The position numbers and the translations under genes are program-made. From Dehalococcoidia bacterium UBA6803 (GTDB lineage: Bacteria; Chloroflexota; Dehalococcoidia; GIF9; AB-539-J10), in the NCBI GenBank assembly GCA_002452795.1, contig DKFF01000008.1, positions 18,271 through 82,270 on the forward strand: a stretch of 64,000 nt of DNA, written 5' to 3'. Positions 29,715 through 41,140 of this stretch are shown here, piece by piece; position 1 is the stretch's first letter, and the number at the start of each line of letters is the position of its first letter. Below the pieces are notes generated by a model. It saw only the letters and a list, made by a program, of their open reading frames with translations. It searched no databases and was not told the origin of the DNA.

Positions 29715-30102
29715 AGTGCATAGAGGCAGGATGAAAGGTTCTGCTTCCAGGGGCGCTAGCGTAGCTTTTGGTGAATTTGGTTTGAGAGTAGAGGAATCTA
29801 CTTGGATTACTGCCAGGCAAATTGAGGCTGCTCGTCGGGTGCTGGTGCGTTTTTTACGCAAGGGTGGGCACATGTGGATCAGGATTTTTCCGGATAAGCC
29901 TGTGACTAAAAAGCCGGCGGAGACCAGAATGGGGGGAGGAAAGGGCGCAACGGAGGAATGGGTGGCTGTAGCGAAGCGGGGCAGGGTAATTTTTGAAGTT
30001 GAGGGAATAGGTGAAGAAGAGGCTAGGAGGGGATTACGCCAGGCTGCACATAAGCTTCCTGTAAGCACCAGTTTTGTGATGAAAGAGGGGGAGGGGAGTT
30101 GA
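29683..30102 (+). CDS. rplP: 50S ribosomal protein L16
   Basis: GTG at 29683 gives [19 protein letters not shown]; overlaps rpsC end. Confidence 0.9.
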   Translation: MLQPKRVKHRKVHRGRMKGSASRGASVAFGEFGLRVEESTWITARQIEAARRVLVRFLRKGGHMWIRIFPDKPVTKKPAETRMGGGKGATEEWVAVAKRGRVIFEVEGIGEEEARRGLRQAAHKLPVSTSFVMKEGEGS

Positions 30103-30302
30103 AGGCTAGCGATATCCGTGCGTTAAATGATGACGAGCTTCGAAAGAAGCTGTTGGAGGCGCGAGAAGAGCTTTTCAACCTTCGTTTTCGGCATGCGACG
30201 CGACAGTTGATAAATCACAGGGAGCTTCCGGTTGCGAAGAGGAAGATTGCCCGCCTGGAAACTATTTTGAGAGAAAGAGACATTAATATAGAGGATGATT
30301 AG
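30099..30302 (+). CDS. rpmC: 50S ribosomal protein L29
   Basis: 67 aa, TTG start. Confidence 0.9.
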   Translation: MKASDIRALNDDELRKKLLEAREELFNLRFRHATRQLINHRELPVAKRKIARLETILRERDINIEDD

Positions 30303-30609
30303 TATGGGAAACAGAAAGACTAGAATAGGACAAGTTATAAGCGACAAAATGGAGAAAACCGTAGTTGTGGTTGTGGAGACGAAAAATAAGCATCCTCTTT
30401 ACAGGAAGACCGTGAGTCATGCCAGGAAGTACAAAGCCCATGATGAAGGCAATACGTGTAGAGTAGGGGATGTGGTAAAAGTCATTGAAACAAGGCCTTT
30501 CTCCAAGGGAAAGCACTGGCGTGTTGAGCAAGTGCTTTCCAGGGGAGAAATTACGGGGAAGGAATTAGCGGAGAGCAAAAAAGATGATTCAGAGCTATAC
30601 CAGGCTTAA
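30295..30609 (+). CDS. rpsQ: 30S ribosomal protein S17
   Basis: 104 aa (alternative ATG at 30304); C-terminal ~20-aa extension overlaps rplN start. Confidence 0.9.
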   Translation: MISMGNRKTRIGQVISDKMEKTVVVVVETKNKHPLYRKTVSHARKYKAHDEGNTCRVGDVVKVIETRPFSKGKHWRVEQVLSRGEITGKELAESKKDDSELYQA

Positions 30610-30952
30610 AGTTGCCGATAATACTGGTGCTAGGCAGATCATGTGTATCACCGTGCTTGGTGGTACGAGGCGAAGGTATGCGTGTGTGGGAGATGTTATC
30701 GTTGCTACGGTAAAGAGGGCTATCCCGCATGGCACGGTGAAGGAAGGAGAAGTAGTGCGGGCGGTAGTTGTGCGTGTAGCTAAGCCATATCGGCGTTTTG
30801 ATGGGTCCCATATCAGGTTTGATGAAAATGCTGCAGTGATACTTGATGACAAAGGAAACCCCAGGGGGACACGTGTTTTTGGTCCCGTGGCGCGAGAGTT
30901 GAGAGATAAGAATTTTTTAAAGATAATTTCACTGGCGCCAGAGGTTTTATGA
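30584..30952 (+). CDS. rplN: 50S ribosomal protein L14
   Basis: 122 aa [17 protein letters not shown]. Confidence 0.95.
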   Translation: MIQSYTRLKVADNTGARQIMCITVLGGTRRRYACVGDVIVATVKRAIPHGTVKEGEVVRAVVVRVAKPYRRFDGSHIRFDENAAVILDDKGNPRGTRVFGPVARELRDKNFLKIISLAPEVL

Positions 30953-30953
30953 T

Positions 30954-31265
30954 ATGAAAATTAGAAAGAATGATACGGTTGCTATTATAGCGGGCAAAGA
31001 TAAGGGAAAAAGGGGGACGGTACGGGTGGCTCTCCCAGGGAAAAGCGTGATAGTAGTGGAAGGGTTGAATATGATCAAGCGGCATTCCCGTACCCAGGGC
31101 GCTGCTCGCCAAGCTGGGATTATTGATATGGAAGCGCCGATGCACGTTTCCAATGTCATGCTGGTATGCAGCAAGTGTGATAAACCCGTTCGTGTGGGAA
31201 GGCGTTTCCTTGACGATGGCAAGAAAGTGCGTGTTTGTCGTGCCTGTCACGAGGTGATAGATTAA
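30954..31265 (+). CDS. rplX: 50S ribosomal protein L24 (with C-terminal C4 zinc-ribbon extension)
   Basis: 103 aa; KOW motif plus CSKCDK...CRACH tail. Confidence 0.9.
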   Translation: MKIRKNDTVAIIAGKDKGKRGTVRVALPGKSVIVVEGLNMIKRHSRTQGAARQAGIIDMEAPMHVSNVMLVCSKCDKPVRVGRRFLDDGKKVRVCRACHEVID

Positions 31266-31299
31266 AGTTAGTGGACAGGGTTCATCGGGGAAGATAGAT

Positions 31300-31845
31300 A
31301 TGGCAAATGATTTGAAAGAAAAATATTTAAGGGAGACAGCTCCTCGGATGAAAGAGGAGTTTGGGTATGCTAACGTGATGCAAGTACCCAGGATGAAGAA
31401 GATTGTCCTTAGCATTGGCCTGGGTGAAGCAATACAGAACCCCAAAGCTCTGGAGGCAGCGGAAGGAGATTTGGCGATGATTTCCGGGCAACACCCGGTA
31501 ATAACCCGGGCCAAGAAGTCCATCGCTGCTTTTAAGGTGAGGGAAGGTATGCCTATAGGCATGATGGTGACGCTGCGAGGTAAGCGGATGTATGATTTCT
31601 TTTCCAGGTTGACGAATGCCGTATTGCCCCGTCTGCGTGATTTCCAGGGGCTATCCAAAGATTCTTTCGACGGCAGAGGGAATTATAGCTTGGGGATAAA
31701 GGAGCAGATCGTTTTTCCTGAGATTGATTATGATAAGGTGGACAGAGTACGCGGGCTCCAGGTGACTATTATTACCTCGGCTAACAGTGATGGCGAGTCC
31801 ATGAAATTACTAGAACTGATGGGTTTTCCCTTTAGGAGGAATTAA
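31300..31845 (+). CDS. rplE: 50S ribosomal protein L5
   Basis: 181 aa L5. Confidence 0.95.
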   Translation: MANDLKEKYLRETAPRMKEEFGYANVMQVPRMKKIVLSIGLGEAIQNPKALEAAEGDLAMISGQHPVITRAKKSIAAFKVREGMPIGMMVTLRGKRMYDFFSRLTNAVLPRLRDFQGLSKDSFDGRGNYSLGIKEQIVFPEIDYDKVDRVRGLQVTIITSANSDGESMKLLELMGFPFRRN

Positions 31846-31846
31846 G

Positions 31847-32032
31847 GTGGCAAAGGTATCTAAAGTAGTACAGTCAAAGCGTATTCCGAAGTACAAGGTG
31901 CAGCAGTATAGTCGGTGTCAGTTATGCGGCAGACCCCGGGCGTATATGCGCAAGTTCGGCTTGTGCCGTATCTGTTTTCGCGAGCTTGCTCTTTCAGGGC
32001 AAATCCCAGGCGTGCGAAAGTCGAGTTGGTGA
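31847..32032 (+). CDS. rpsN: 30S ribosomal protein S14 type Z (zinc-binding)
   Basis: 61 aa with CxxC...CxxC. Confidence 0.9.
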   Translation: MAKVSKVVQSKRIPKYKVQQYSRCQLCGRPRAYMRKFGLCRICFRELALSGQIPGVRKSSW

Positions 32033-32043
32033 GGAGCGAATTA

Positions 32044-32439
32044 ATGGCAGTTACTGATACAATTGCAGATATGTTGACCCGGATACGCAATGCTATCATG
32101 GCTTGCCATGATAGCGTGGTTGTGCCTTCCTTCCGAGTGGGGGTTGTTATTGCTAGGATCCTTGAGCAAAAAGGGCTTATTTCCGGCTATGAGGAGTTGC
32201 AGGGCAAACCGCAGCAAGCGATCAGGATACACCTCAAATATGATGGCAAGCAGCCTGTTATTCGTGGCTTGGAACGGGTTAGCAAGCCGGGATTGCGGGT
32301 CTATGTGGGCAAGGGAGAGATTCCGCGTGTTTATGGGGGACTGGGGTTTGCTATGGTATCTACATCTAAGGGGATTATGACAGGGCAGGAGGCATGGCGG
32401 CGAGGGATTGGTGGCGAGCTCCTGTGCTATATTTGGTAA
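32044..32439 (+). CDS. rpsH: 30S ribosomal protein S8
   Basis: Start MAVTDTIADMLTRIRNA (ATG 32044). Confidence 0.95.
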   Translation: MAVTDTIADMLTRIRNAIMACHDSVVVPSFRVGVVIARILEQKGLISGYEELQGKPQQAIRIHLKYDGKQPVIRGLERVSKPGLRVYVGKGEIPRVYGGLGFAMVSTSKGIMTGQEAWRRGIGGELLCYIW

Positions 32440-32455
32440 ACGAGGAGAACTGAAA

Positions 32456-33004
32456 ATGTCTCGAGTAGGTCAGCGTCCAATACCGATTCCTTCAGGGGTG
32501 GATGTGAAGATCGTGGGTAGGGAAGTGTCGGTGAAGGGAAACAAAGGTGAATTATCTCGTTTTCTTCACGAGGATATTGCTGTTGCCCTAAAAGAGGGTG
32601 AGTTAGTTGTGTCCCGGCGAACTGATAGTAAAGAACATCGAGCCCTGCACGGGTTGATGCGTAGTTTGCTGTCCAATATGATTATAGGAGTAAGCGAAGG
32701 ATTCGAGAAAATCCTAGAATTGAATGGAGTGGGATATAGGGGGCATGCAAGCGGTAAAAAGCTAGTATTCCAGGTGGGTTTTTCCCATCCTGTAGAGTTC
32801 GTGCTCACTGAGGGGGTATCGGTTTCCATCAATGAGGGAAACCGTGTTTGCGTGGTGGGCATTGACAGGGAAGCTGTAGGGGAGGCAGCTGCTAATATCC
32901 GTAAAATTCGCCCTGCTGACGCGTATAAGGGTAAGGGCTTCAAATATCTTGGGGAGACGTTGCGGCTGAAGCCAGGCAAAGCGGGCAAAGCGGGTAAGGC
33001 TTAA
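32456..33004 (+). CDS. rplF: 50S ribosomal protein L6
   Basis: Start [12 protein letters not shown] (ATG 32456, GGAG RBS); C-terminal [10 protein letters not shown] tail. Confidence 0.9.
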   Translation: MSRVGQRPIPIPSGVDVKIVGREVSVKGNKGELSRFLHEDIAVALKEGELVVSRRTDSKEHRALHGLMRSLLSNMIIGVSEGFEKILELNGVGYRGHASGKKLVFQVGFSHPVEFVLTEGVSVSINEGNRVCVVGIDREAVGEAAANIRKIRPADAYKGKGFKYLGETLRLKPGKAGKAGKA

Positions 33005-33042
33005 CAGGAAGGATCGATTTAAAGAAAGCGGAGAGAGCAAGT

Positions 33043-33408
33043 ATGGCAAAATTGAGCCCAAGAGCAATGCGCATCGTGCGGCATGCACGAATACGAAAGA
33101 GTCTATCTGGCACATCTGTACGCCCGCGACTGAATGTTTTTCGTAGTCTGAACCATGTTTATGCTCAAATTATTGATGATTCTCAGGGGCACACTCTCCT
33201 CTCTGTAAGCACTCTGTCTACAGAGGTCAGAGATAAAGAGGGGAAGAAAGCGAAAGTGAAGCAGGCTGAGGTTGTAGGTACGATGTTGGCCCAGCGGGCC
33301 ATGGCAATGGGCATCAATAAAGTTGTTTTTGACCGTGGCGGTTACAGGTATCACGGTAGAGTTAAGGCGCTGGCAGAAGCGGCTCGTAAAGAAGGACTAT
33401 TATTCTAA
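33043..33408 (+). CDS. rplR: 50S ribosomal protein L18
   Basis: 121 aa L18. Confidence 0.95.
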   Translation: MAKLSPRAMRIVRHARIRKSLSGTSVRPRLNVFRSLNHVYAQIIDDSQGHTLLSVSTLSTEVRDKEGKKAKVKQAEVVGTMLAQRAMAMGINKVVFDRGGYRYHGRVKALAEAARKEGLLF

Positions 33409-33450
33409 AATGTCATATGAGCCGAAAAGATTTTCGGGGAAGGATTTGTT

Positions 33451-34008
33451 ATGAAGGCAGTAACTAAAGCAGAGGGAAAGAGGGCGAAAATTGATTTCTC
33501 TGAGGTTGCGATTAAGGAGAAGTTAATATCCATTGATCGTGTCACTAAGGTGGTGAAGGGGGGCAGACAGCTTCGATTCAGGGCGTTGATGGTGGCAGGT
33601 GACGGTAGAGGGCATGTAGGTTTTGCGTCGGCTAAAGCCAGGGGGGTTCCTGATGCGATTCACAAGGCCTCTGCTGTTGCACGGAAGAACATGATAGAAG
33701 TTCTTGTGGAAAACACTACCATTCCCCACGAGATTCTAGCTAAATTTGGAGCGTCACGGGTATTGCTTAAGCCAGCTGCGCCAGGAACAGGGATCATCGC
33801 CAGTGATTCAGTCAGAGCGGTGCTTGAAGCGGCGGGCATTAAAAATATTGTTAGCAAGTCATTGGGTAGCTCTAATCGAGGAAACACAGTTAAGGCTACT
33901 GTGATAGCTCTGAGCAATTTGAGACAGAGAAAACGGCATGCGGTTGTTATCGATAAGGTTGCGCCAAGGAAGGAAACGGAGGAGGAATTGAGCAGTGAGG
34001 CAGAATGA
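33451..34008 (+). CDS. rpsE: 30S ribosomal protein S5
   Basis: 185 aa S5. Confidence 0.95.
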   Translation: MKAVTKAEGKRAKIDFSEVAIKEKLISIDRVTKVVKGGRQLRFRALMVAGDGRGHVGFASAKARGVPDAIHKASAVARKNMIEVLVENTTIPHEILAKFGASRVLLKPAAPGTGIIASDSVRAVLEAAGIKNIVSKSLGSSNRGNTVKATVIALSNLRQRKRHAVVIDKVAPRKETEEELSSEAE

Positions 34009-34450
34009 AGTGAGGTCTGCTCCTGGCTCCAGAAGTGAAGTTAAGCGCGTGGGGAGAGGGAATGGCAGTGGGCACGGCACTTATTCAGGCAGAGGTTGCA
34101 AGGGACAAAAATCCCGTTCTGGAGGTGGAGTTCGCCCTGGTTTTGAGGGCGGCCAATTATCTTTGATCAAGAGATTGCCGAGGAAGCGAGGATTTACCAG
34201 CATCTTCAGGACGGAGTATAGTATCGTTTCTGTAGAAAAGTTAAATGTTTTCCCCCCGGGCACAGAAGTTACTCCTGAGGCATTGCTTCAGGCAGGGCTG
34301 ATTAAATCGCTGAAGAAACCGATCAAGATTCTTGGTGGTGGAGAGGTCTATCATGCTTTATTGATCAAGGCTGACAGGTTTTCTGCCAGTGCACAAGACA
34401 AGATTGTGGCGGCGGGAGGAAAGGTGGAGAAGGCTAGGGATGCAACGTAG
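33995..34450 (+). CDS. rplO: 50S ribosomal protein L15
   Basis: 151 aa; follows rpsE directly, no rpmD (L30) between them. Confidence 0.9.
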   Translation: MRQNEVRSAPGSRSEVKRVGRGNGSGHGTYSGRGCKGQKSRSGGGVRPGFEGGQLSLIKRLPRKRGFTSIFRTEYSIVSVEKLNVFPPGTEVTPEALLQAGLIKSLKKPIKILGGGEVYHALLIKADRFSASAQDKIVAAGGKVEKARDAT

Positions 34451-35756
34451 CGAAAGCCAACCACGCCTCATCCAGGCGATGATGGATGCATTCAGGTTGC
34501 CTGACTTGAGGCGAAAGATACTTTTTACACTGGGTATCTTGGTCGTTTTTCGTTTTGTGGCGCATATTCCTCTGCCAGGAGCGGACCTGGCAGCTTTAGG
34601 TAATTTTTACGACGAGACGCCCCTTATGGGCATGCTGGACCTTTTCAGCGGTGGGGCAATGAAGAGCTTCAGTGTGTTGGCTATGGGGGTTTATCCTTAT
34701 ATCACCGCTACCATCGTTATGCAGTTGTTGACCCCGGTTCTCCCCGGCCTGGCGGCGCTGGCGCAGGAGGGAGAGACCGGGAGGCAGAAAATCAATCGCA
34801 TTACCCATATCATTACTGTGCCGCTGGCCGCCCTGCAGGGGTATAGTCAGGTGGCTTTATTACAGAGTCAACATATTGTGGGGTATTTGTCTCCAGAGAT
34901 GATGGCGGTTGCCCTGTTGTCTATGACGGCGGGAACGATGTTTTTGGTCTGGCTGGGAGAGTTGATCACCGAGAGAGGGATAGGCAACGGTATTTCGATA
35001 GTAATTTTTGGAGGAATAGTTGCCCAGTTGCCAGATATGGTGGGGCGGGGTTTTGTTGCCAAAGAGGATCCTGCTGGATTAATCACCTTTGTTATTCTCG
35101 GACTTATTACCCTGGTGTTGGTGGTTGTTTTTACCGAGGCGCACCGCCGTATCCCGGTACAATATGCTCGCAGTACTTTTCGTGGCGGCCGTATGTATCG
35201 CCAGTCAGGGTCAAGTTATATTCCGCTGAAGGTAAATACCGCAGGGATGATTCCTATTATTTTTGCTATAGCAATCATGACTTTTCCGTGGACGATCTCG
35301 ACATGGTTTATGAACGCTCCGGGGCAGGATCCGAATTTTTGGAATTCGGTATATCACCTGTTCAATCCCGGAAACAGTGCCCCCCTGGGACTGGCTTATT
35401 GGCTGCCATATTTTGCCTTGGTGGTAGGTTTTGCTTTCTTTTATACTATGATCACATTTGAACAAATGAAATTACCCAGCACGTTGCAACAACAGGGCGG
35501 TTTTATTCCTGGTGTTCGTCCAGGGAAGCCTACAGTCGATTATTTAAACGGGGTCATTAAGCGGATTACCTGGGGAGGAGCACTTTTCTTGGCTGTGGTG
35601 GCTATCTTGCCCTTTGTTGCCCGTGAGGTTACCGGCGTTGTGGTTCTTTCCTTTCAGAGCACTGCTTTGCTGATAGTGGTGGGGGTGGCACTTGATACCA
35701 TGAAGCAGATGGAATCGCAGTTAACCATGCGGCGTTATGAAGGTTTTTTGAAGTAA
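34440..35756 (+). CDS. secY: preprotein translocase subunit SecY
   Basis: Ten-TM SecY; start codon uncertain (ATG 34440, or ATGATG at 34479/34482). Confidence 0.9.
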   Translation: MQRSESQPRLIQAMMDAFRLPDLRRKILFTLGILVVFRFVAHIPLPGADLAALGNFYDETPLMGMLDLFSGGAMKSFSVLAMGVYPYITATIVMQLLTPVLPGLAALAQEGETGRQKINRITHIITVPLAALQGYSQVALLQSQHIVGYLSPEMMAVALLSMTAGTMFLVWLGELITERGIGNGISIVIFGGIVAQLPDMVGRGFVAKEDPAGLITFVILGLITLVLVVVFTEAHRRIPVQYARSTFRGGRMYRQSGSSYIPLKVNTAGMIPIIFAIAIMTFPWTISTWFMNAPGQDPNFWNSVYHLFNPGNSAPLGLAYWLPYFALVVGFAFFYTMITFEQMKLPSTLQQQGGFIPGVRPGKPTVDYLNGVIKRITWGGALFLAVVAILPFVAREVTGVVVLSFQSTALLIVVGVALDTMKQMESQLTMRRYEGFLK

Positions 35757-35766
35757 GGAGAAGACG

Positions 35767-36423
35767 ATGTATGTTATTTTGCTGGGAGCACCGGGTGCAG
35801 GTAAGGGGACCCAGGCAGCGATTCTTGTCGACGAGTTGAAATTACCCCATGTATCTTCGGGAGATTTGTTTCGTTCAAACTTGGAAGGCAGGACCGAGAT
35901 GGGATTACTGGCCAAGTCATATATGGAGGAAGGGAAGTTGGTGCCCGATGAGGTGACTATCAGGATGACACTTGAAAGGATAGCGGAAACTGATTGTGTT
36001 TCGGGGTGTCTTTTTGATGGTTTTCCCAGAACGCTGGAACAGGCCAGTGCGCTGGATGCGGCAATGCTCAAGCAAAACAGGAAGATAGATATGGCTGTGT
36101 ATATCCGTGTGCCAGAAGAAGAGCTGGTAAAGCGGCTCAGCGGGAGATGGATTTGTTCCGGGTGCTTGTTGCCGTATCATAACGTGGCCTCTCCGCCGAA
36201 GATATCGGGGAAATGCGATAAATGTGGGGGAGAATTATATCAGCGAACTGATGATAAGGAAGAAGTGGTGAGAGAGCGACTGAAGGTATTTTTTAATCAA
36301 ACCATGCCCGTGCTTGATTATTATAGGGAACAGGATAAACTGATTGAGGTGGATGGCAGTGGGGAAATTTCCAAGATAGCGGAAGAGATACTTGCTGCTA
36401 TTAGGAGTAAGAGTAGCCATTAA
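35767..36423 (+). CDS. adk: adenylate kinase (zinc-binding lid)
   Basis: 218 aa; GAPGAGKGTQ P-loop; CSGC...CDKCG lid. Confidence 0.95.
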   Translation: MYVILLGAPGAGKGTQAAILVDELKLPHVSSGDLFRSNLEGRTEMGLLAKSYMEEGKLVPDEVTIRMTLERIAETDCVSGCLFDGFPRTLEQASALDAAMLKQNRKIDMAVYIRVPEEELVKRLSGRWICSGCLLPYHNVASPPKISGKCDKCGGELYQRTDDKEEVVRERLKVFFNQTMPVLDYYREQDKLIEVDGSGEISKIAEEILAAIRSKSSH

Positions 36424-37161
36424 ATGGTGATTTTAAAATCCCTTGAAGAAGTGGTCATTATGCGCCAGGGCGGTGAAATATTAAAGGCTATTCTGGCGAA
36501 ATTGAGGGAGGCAGTTAAGCCGGGGATCAAGACGATATCTCTGGATGCCATGGTGGTGGCGGAATTGAACAGGAGGGGGGCCGAGGCCTCTTTTAAAGGC
36601 TATCAGGGTTTTCCTGCCAGCCTGTGTGTTTCCGTAAACGACGAGATAGTGCACGGCATTCCCGGTGACAGGGAATTGAAAGAAGGGGATATCGTTTCGC
36701 TGGATGTGGGGGTAAAATGGAAGGGTTTCCACACAGACGCGGCGATCACAGTTGGTGTAGGGAAAATAAGCCCTGACGCCGAGAGGCTTATAGCGATCAC
36801 GGAACAGAGCCTTGAAGAGGGCGTTGCGCATGCCAGGCATGGTGTATATTTGAAAGATGTTTCTGCGGCAGTGCAGCGGTGTGCGGAAGGAAATGGTTTT
36901 TCGGTGGTTAGGGAGTATTCTGGTCATGGTGTGGGCAGAGAATTGCATGAAGATCCTCAAATACCGAACTTTGTCTGCGGACGGGGAATTTTGTTGCGAC
37001 AGGGAATGACATTAGCAATAGAGCCTATGATTAATATTGGTGATTGGCGAACCAGATTGGCGGCTAACCGTTGGACGGTGTTAACGGTGGATGGCAGTCT
37101 TTCAGCTCATTTTGAACATACGATAGCCATCACTGATAATGAAGCAGAGGTGCTTGCTTAG
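36424..37161 (+). CDS. map: methionine aminopeptidase type I
   Basis: 245 aa; pita-bread fold metal ligands. Confidence 0.9.
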   Translation: MVILKSLEEVVIMRQGGEILKAILAKLREAVKPGIKTISLDAMVVAELNRRGAEASFKGYQGFPASLCVSVNDEIVHGIPGDRELKEGDIVSLDVGVKWKGFHTDAAITVGVGKISPDAERLIAITEQSLEEGVAHARHGVYLKDVSAAVQRCAEGNGFSVVREYSGHGVGRELHEDPQIPNFVCGRGILLRQGMTLAIEPMINIGDWRTRLAANRWTVLTVDGSLSAHFEHTIAITDNEAEVLA

Positions 37162-37166
37162 AGATA

Positions 37167-37385
37167 ATGGCTAAGAGGGAACGATTAGAAGTTGAGGGCA
37201 AGGTGGTGGAATGTTTGCCCGGCACCATGTTTTACGTTGATCTGGCGAATGGGCACAGGGTACGGGCGCACATTTCGGGAAAAATGAGGAAGCATTATAT
37301 CAAGATTTTGCCAGGGGATAGGGTGCTGGTTGAGCTTTCTCCTTATGATCTGAGCCGGGGCCGTATTACTTATAGATTGAGGTAA
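37167..37385 (+). CDS. infA: translation initiation factor IF-1
   Basis: 72 aa S1-like. Confidence 0.95.
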   Translation: MAKRERLEVEGKVVECLPGTMFYVDLANGHRVRAHISGKMRKHYIKILPGDRVLVELSPYDLSRGRITYRLR

Positions 37386-37459
37386 GGCGGCCTCCTTTGA
37401 CGAGCAGGTGGGAAAAGGTTAAGATAGGGGGATTTTCGTTTTTGTGGGGTGAAGAAAAA

Positions 37460-37573
37460 GTGAAAGTAAGAGCGTCTGTTAAACGTCGTTGCAGAAAATG
37501 CAGGGTTGTTCGAAGGGAAGGCGTGGTAAGGGTTCTCTGTGAGAATCCTAGACATAAGCAAAGGCAGGGTTAG
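37460..37573 (+). CDS. rpmJ: 50S ribosomal protein L36
   Basis: GTG start; [37 protein letters not shown]; below the ORF-track size cutoff. Confidence 0.85.
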   Translation: MKVRASVKRRCRKCRVVRREGVVRVLCENPRHKQRQG

Positions 37574-37575
37574 AA

Positions 37576-37965
37576 ATGGCACGTATTGCTGGCGTAGATC
37601 TCCCCAAGGAGAAACAAATTTTAATAGCTTTGCAGTATATCTATGGTATTGGGCATACCATGAGCCGCAGAGTTCTGGCTAATGCTGAAGTGGACCCCTG
37701 TATAAAAGTTAAGGATCTCAATGCAGAGCAAATTAGTCGGCTACGAGATATTATTGAAGAGCAACATAAAGTGGAAGGTGATCTTCGCAGAGAAGTACAA
37801 TCTAATCTTAAGAGGTTAATGGAGATAGGCAGTGTACGCGGGATGAAGCACCGTATGCATTTACCTGTCCATGGACAGAGGACGCGTACTAATGCTCGCA
37901 CGAGGAAAGGGCCCAAAAAGACGGTTGCAGGTAGAGGGCAGCGGCGCGGTGTAGCTAAGAAGTAA
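37576..37965 (+). CDS. rpsM: 30S ribosomal protein S13
   Basis: 129 aa. Confidence 0.95.
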   Translation: MARIAGVDLPKEKQILIALQYIYGIGHTMSRRVLANAEVDPCIKVKDLNAEQISRLRDIIEEQHKVEGDLRREVQSNLKRLMEIGSVRGMKHRMHLPVHGQRTRTNARTRKGPKKTVAGRGQRRGVAKK

Positions 37966-37983
37966 GGAGGGTTTGATTGACAA

Positions 37984-38379
37984 ATGCCCAGGAAAAGAAA
38001 AACTGGAGTAAATAAGAAGGCGCAGAAGGGAGTTGTTGAGGGAAAGGTCTACATCCAGTCCACTTTTAATAACACCATAGTCACTGTTACTGATTTGCGA
38101 GGCAATGTGCTTTCTTGGAGCAGCGCAGGCAAAACGGGATTTAAGGGTTCCAGAAAAGGTACTCCTTATGCAGCTCAGCTGGCAGCGCAGGAAGCGACAC
38201 AGCAGGCTATGAATAATAATGGTTTGCGGCAGGTGCAGATTTATGTCAAGGGCCCTGGTAGCGGTAGAGAAGCCGCCATTCGTGCCCTGCAAGCCTCTGG
38301 CTTGGTCGTTACCAGCATTAAGGATGTTACTCCTGTTCCTCATAACGGCTGCCGGCCACGAAAGAAGAGGAGGGTGTAG
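37984..38379 (+). CDS. rpsK: 30S ribosomal protein S11
   Basis: 131 aa. Confidence 0.95.
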   Translation: MPRKRKTGVNKKAQKGVVEGKVYIQSTFNNTIVTVTDLRGNVLSWSSAGKTGFKGSRKGTPYAAQLAAQEATQQAMNNNGLRQVQIYVKGPGSGREAAIRALQASGLVVTSIKDVTPVPHNGCRPRKKRRV

Positions 38380-38382
38380 GGA

Positions 38383-39015
38383 ATGGGACGTTATACGGGG
38401 GCTAAATGTCGTTTGTGCCGTTACGTTGGCACAAAGCTAATGCTCAAAGGGGAGAGATGTTTTTCAGCCAAGTGTGCTCTTGAGAAAAAAAAGGAGGCTC
38501 CTGGTCGTCAGCCGTTGAATCGCCGGCGCAGGAAGGTGTCTGCATGGGGCGAGCGCCTGAAGGAAAAACAGAAAGTGCGTTTTAGTTATGGAGTAATGGA
38601 GAAGCAATTTCGTGGGACTTTTGCCAGGGCTACTAGAGCGCCTGGTGATACGGGGGACAATTTGTTTATTTTATTGGAGAGACGTCTGGATAATGTTACT
38701 TATCGTTTGGGTTTTGCCGGGTCACGAGCGCAGGCAAGACAGATAGTGCGGCACGGTCATATTTGGCTGAATGGGCGTAAGACGGACATTCCTTCATGCT
38801 TGGTAAAGGAAGGCGACGTTATTGAATGGAAGGAGCGCAGCCAGAAGACGGGGTGTTATGATATGGCGGTCGAGGAAGCCAAGGGCAAGAGTGTGCCGGT
38901 ATGGTTGAGTTTGGATGTAGAGAAGATGAAGGGCAAAATGCTACGATTGCCCGAAGCAGAAGAGGTGGTTGCTGGCTTTGATGGCAGGGCTATCGTAGAG
39001 TTTTATTCGAGATAA
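38383..39015 (+). CDS. rpsD: 30S ribosomal protein S4
   Basis: 210 aa with N-terminal Cys4. Confidence 0.95.
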   Translation: MGRYTGAKCRLCRYVGTKLMLKGERCFSAKCALEKKKEAPGRQPLNRRRRKVSAWGERLKEKQKVRFSYGVMEKQFRGTFARATRAPGDTGDNLFILLERRLDNVTYRLGFAGSRAQARQIVRHGHIWLNGRKTDIPSCLVKEGDVIEWKERSQKTGCYDMAVEEAKGKSVPVWLSLDVEKMKGKMLRLPEAEEVVAGFDGRAIVEFYSR

Positions 39016-39046
39016 ATTAAGTAAATGGCAAGGGGGAGTTTATAAG

Positions 39047-40024
39047 TTGATTGCATTGCCTGTGTCTGGAATTAAAAGCATTGAAAGCGTGGGTAATTAT
39101 GGCCGTTTTGTAATTGAGCCCTTGCAAGTAGGGTTTAGTATTACTGTAGGGAATGCCATGCGGCGGGTGATGCTTAGTTCCCTTTCCGGCGCTGCGGTGA
39201 CCTGGATTAAGGTTGAAGGGATTCAGCATGAGTTTTCCGCTATCCCCTGTATCAGGGAAGATATGCTGGATTTTTTGATGAATGTTAAGGAAATAAGACT
39301 GCGGCCATTGACGCATGATCCGGGGAAATTGTATTTGGATGTAAAAGGGGAAGGGGAGGTTTGTGCCTCTGATATTACTCCGTCCTCGAATTTTGAGATA
39401 GTTAATCCTGAATTACATCTGGCGACGCTTGATTCAGTGGAAGCCAGTCTTTCTGTAGAGTTTAATATAGAGGTGGGAAGGGGTTACATGCCTGCATTCT
39501 CGGCGGAAGGTTTACCGATGGGGGCGTTGCCTGTGGATGCTGTTTTTTCACCTGTGCACAAAGTGAATTTTTTGGTGGAAGCGATTCAACCTGGCCGTGA
39601 AGGAAGCCCTGAGAGGCTTGTTTTCGAAGTGTGGACCGATGGGACCATCGCGCCAGGAGAGGCGATCAGGCAGGGTGCTGTTATTTTGACAGAACAGTTA
39701 ATGCCTCTGAAAGATTTGAAGAACCAGGTGGAGAAGTGGCAGGAAGCGGGACAGGAGACGGATGCGCTTGCCTTAACCAATATGTCGTTGGAGGAAATGG
39801 GGATGGGGACGCGTGCCTACAATAGCTTGCGCAGAGGAGGGGTTACGACATTGGGGCAACTTCTAGAGATAATGCAAGACGTAGGTTTATCATCATTGCC
39901 TGGCATGGGGGCTAAGTCCCAGGACGAAGTGAAGGAAATTGTTGCGAGGATGGGGTTTACTGTCGGTAGCAAAGGGAAAAAGAAGGAAAAGGATGAGACA
40001 TCAGGTAGCGGGCAGGAAATTTAG
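39047..40024 (+). CDS. rpoA: DNA-directed RNA polymerase subunit alpha
   Basis: 325 aa, TTG start; NTD and CTD plus a Lys/Glu-rich C-terminal tail. Confidence 0.9.
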   Translation: MIALPVSGIKSIESVGNYGRFVIEPLQVGFSITVGNAMRRVMLSSLSGAAVTWIKVEGIQHEFSAIPCIREDMLDFLMNVKEIRLRPLTHDPGKLYLDVKGEGEVCASDITPSSNFEIVNPELHLATLDSVEASLSVEFNIEVGRGYMPAFSAEGLPMGALPVDAVFSPVHKVNFLVEAIQPGREGSPERLVFEVWTDGTIAPGEAIRQGAVILTEQLMPLKDLKNQVEKWQEAGQETDALALTNMSLEEMGMGTRAYNSLRRGGVTTLGQLLEIMQDVGLSSLPGMGAKSQDEVKEIVARMGFTVGSKGKKKEKDETSGSGQEI

Positions 40025-40343
40025 CAGAACAGCAGGACATCGCAGGGCGTTATACCGCAACTTGGTGATGTCTTTGCTGGAGCATGAAAAGATGGTCACT
40101 ACTGAAGCTAAAGCCAGAGAGATTCGTGGTTTGGCTGAAAAGATGATTACCTTGGGCAAAGAAGGGAGCGTTGCTTCAAGGCGACAGGCGTTGGCTTTTG
40201 TTGGCAACGGAAAGATAGTAAAAAAGCTTTTTGATGATATTGCCATCAGGTATAATGGCCGCCAAGGTGGCTACACCCGAATAGTCAAGTTGGGGTTTCG
40301 CTCAGGGGATAGTGCTCCTGTGGCACGAATTGAGCTGGTTTAG
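39993..40343 (+). CDS. rplQ: 50S ribosomal protein L17
   Basis: Start MRHQVAGRKFSRTAGHRRA (ATG 39993, AAGGAAAAGG RBS); overlaps rpoA by 32 nt. Confidence 0.9.
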   Translation: MRHQVAGRKFSRTAGHRRALYRNLVMSLLEHEKMVTTEAKAREIRGLAEKMITLGKEGSVASRRQALAFVGNGKIVKKLFDDIAIRYNGRQGGYTRIVKLGFRSGDSAPVARIELV

Positions 40344-40349
40344 CGCGGA

Positions 40350-41138
40350 GTGAGTTTTGCTAAGTTTATTTTGGTTGTGGAGTATCAGGGTACGCGATAT
40401 CATGGGTCACAGTGGCAGGCGAAAGGGGATACCATTCAAGGGGTGATAGAGGAAGCCTTGAGCAAGATTTGCAAAGAGCATAGTCGGGTTATGATGGCAA
40501 GTAGAACTGACGCAGGAGTCCATGCCAGAGGGCAGGTGGCCAGTGCTTGGGCTGAGACAAAGCTTACCGCTTCTGTGATGATGCGAGCTTTGAATCATTA
40601 TTTGCCGGGTGATATTGCGGTGAAGGAGGCATACGGAGCTGGCGCTGATTTTAGTGTACGGAAGGACGCCATAAGCAGGGAATATCGGTACGATGTCTTT
40701 AATGGAGACACCAGGTCTCCTTTTGCCAGGGATTTTGCCTTGTTTATGTCTCAGGAACTGGATATTTTAGAGATGAACAGGGCGTGCCAGTTTCTCTTGG
40801 GAGAGCACGATTTTAGTTCCTTTGTCTCCGCGGTTAAAGAAAAGAGGAGCATGGTGCGCACTGTGTATAATGCCGAAGTTAGACGCAGCGGTAAATTTGT
40901 CATTTTTGAGATGAAAGCAAGCTCTTTTTTGCCGCATCAAGTGCGTAATACCGTGGGGCTATTGCTCAGAGTGGGAACGGGAAAAGTGGACGTAGAGGGG
41001 TTTTGCCATATTATGGAAGCAAGAGAACTTGGCATGGCAGGGCCCACAGTCCCTGCTTGTGGTTTGTGTTTGGCTAAGGTGAATTATGCCAGGCCACTTG
41101 AGGACATGCTTTCAGAGACAGGATTTGCAGGAGAATAG
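40350..41138 (+). CDS. truA: tRNA pseudouridine(38-40) synthase
   Basis: 262 aa TruA; catalytic Asp in the RTDAGVHA motif. Confidence 0.9.
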   Translation: MSFAKFILVVEYQGTRYHGSQWQAKGDTIQGVIEEALSKICKEHSRVMMASRTDAGVHARGQVASAWAETKLTASVMMRALNHYLPGDIAVKEAYGAGADFSVRKDAISREYRYDVFNGDTRSPFARDFALFMSQELDILEMNRACQFLLGEHDFSSFVSAVKEKRSMVRTVYNAEVRRSGKFVIFEMKASSFLPHQVRNTVGLLLRVGTGKVDVEGFCHIMEARELGMAGPTVPACGLCLAKVNYARPLEDMLSETGFAGE

Positions 41139-41140
41139 AA

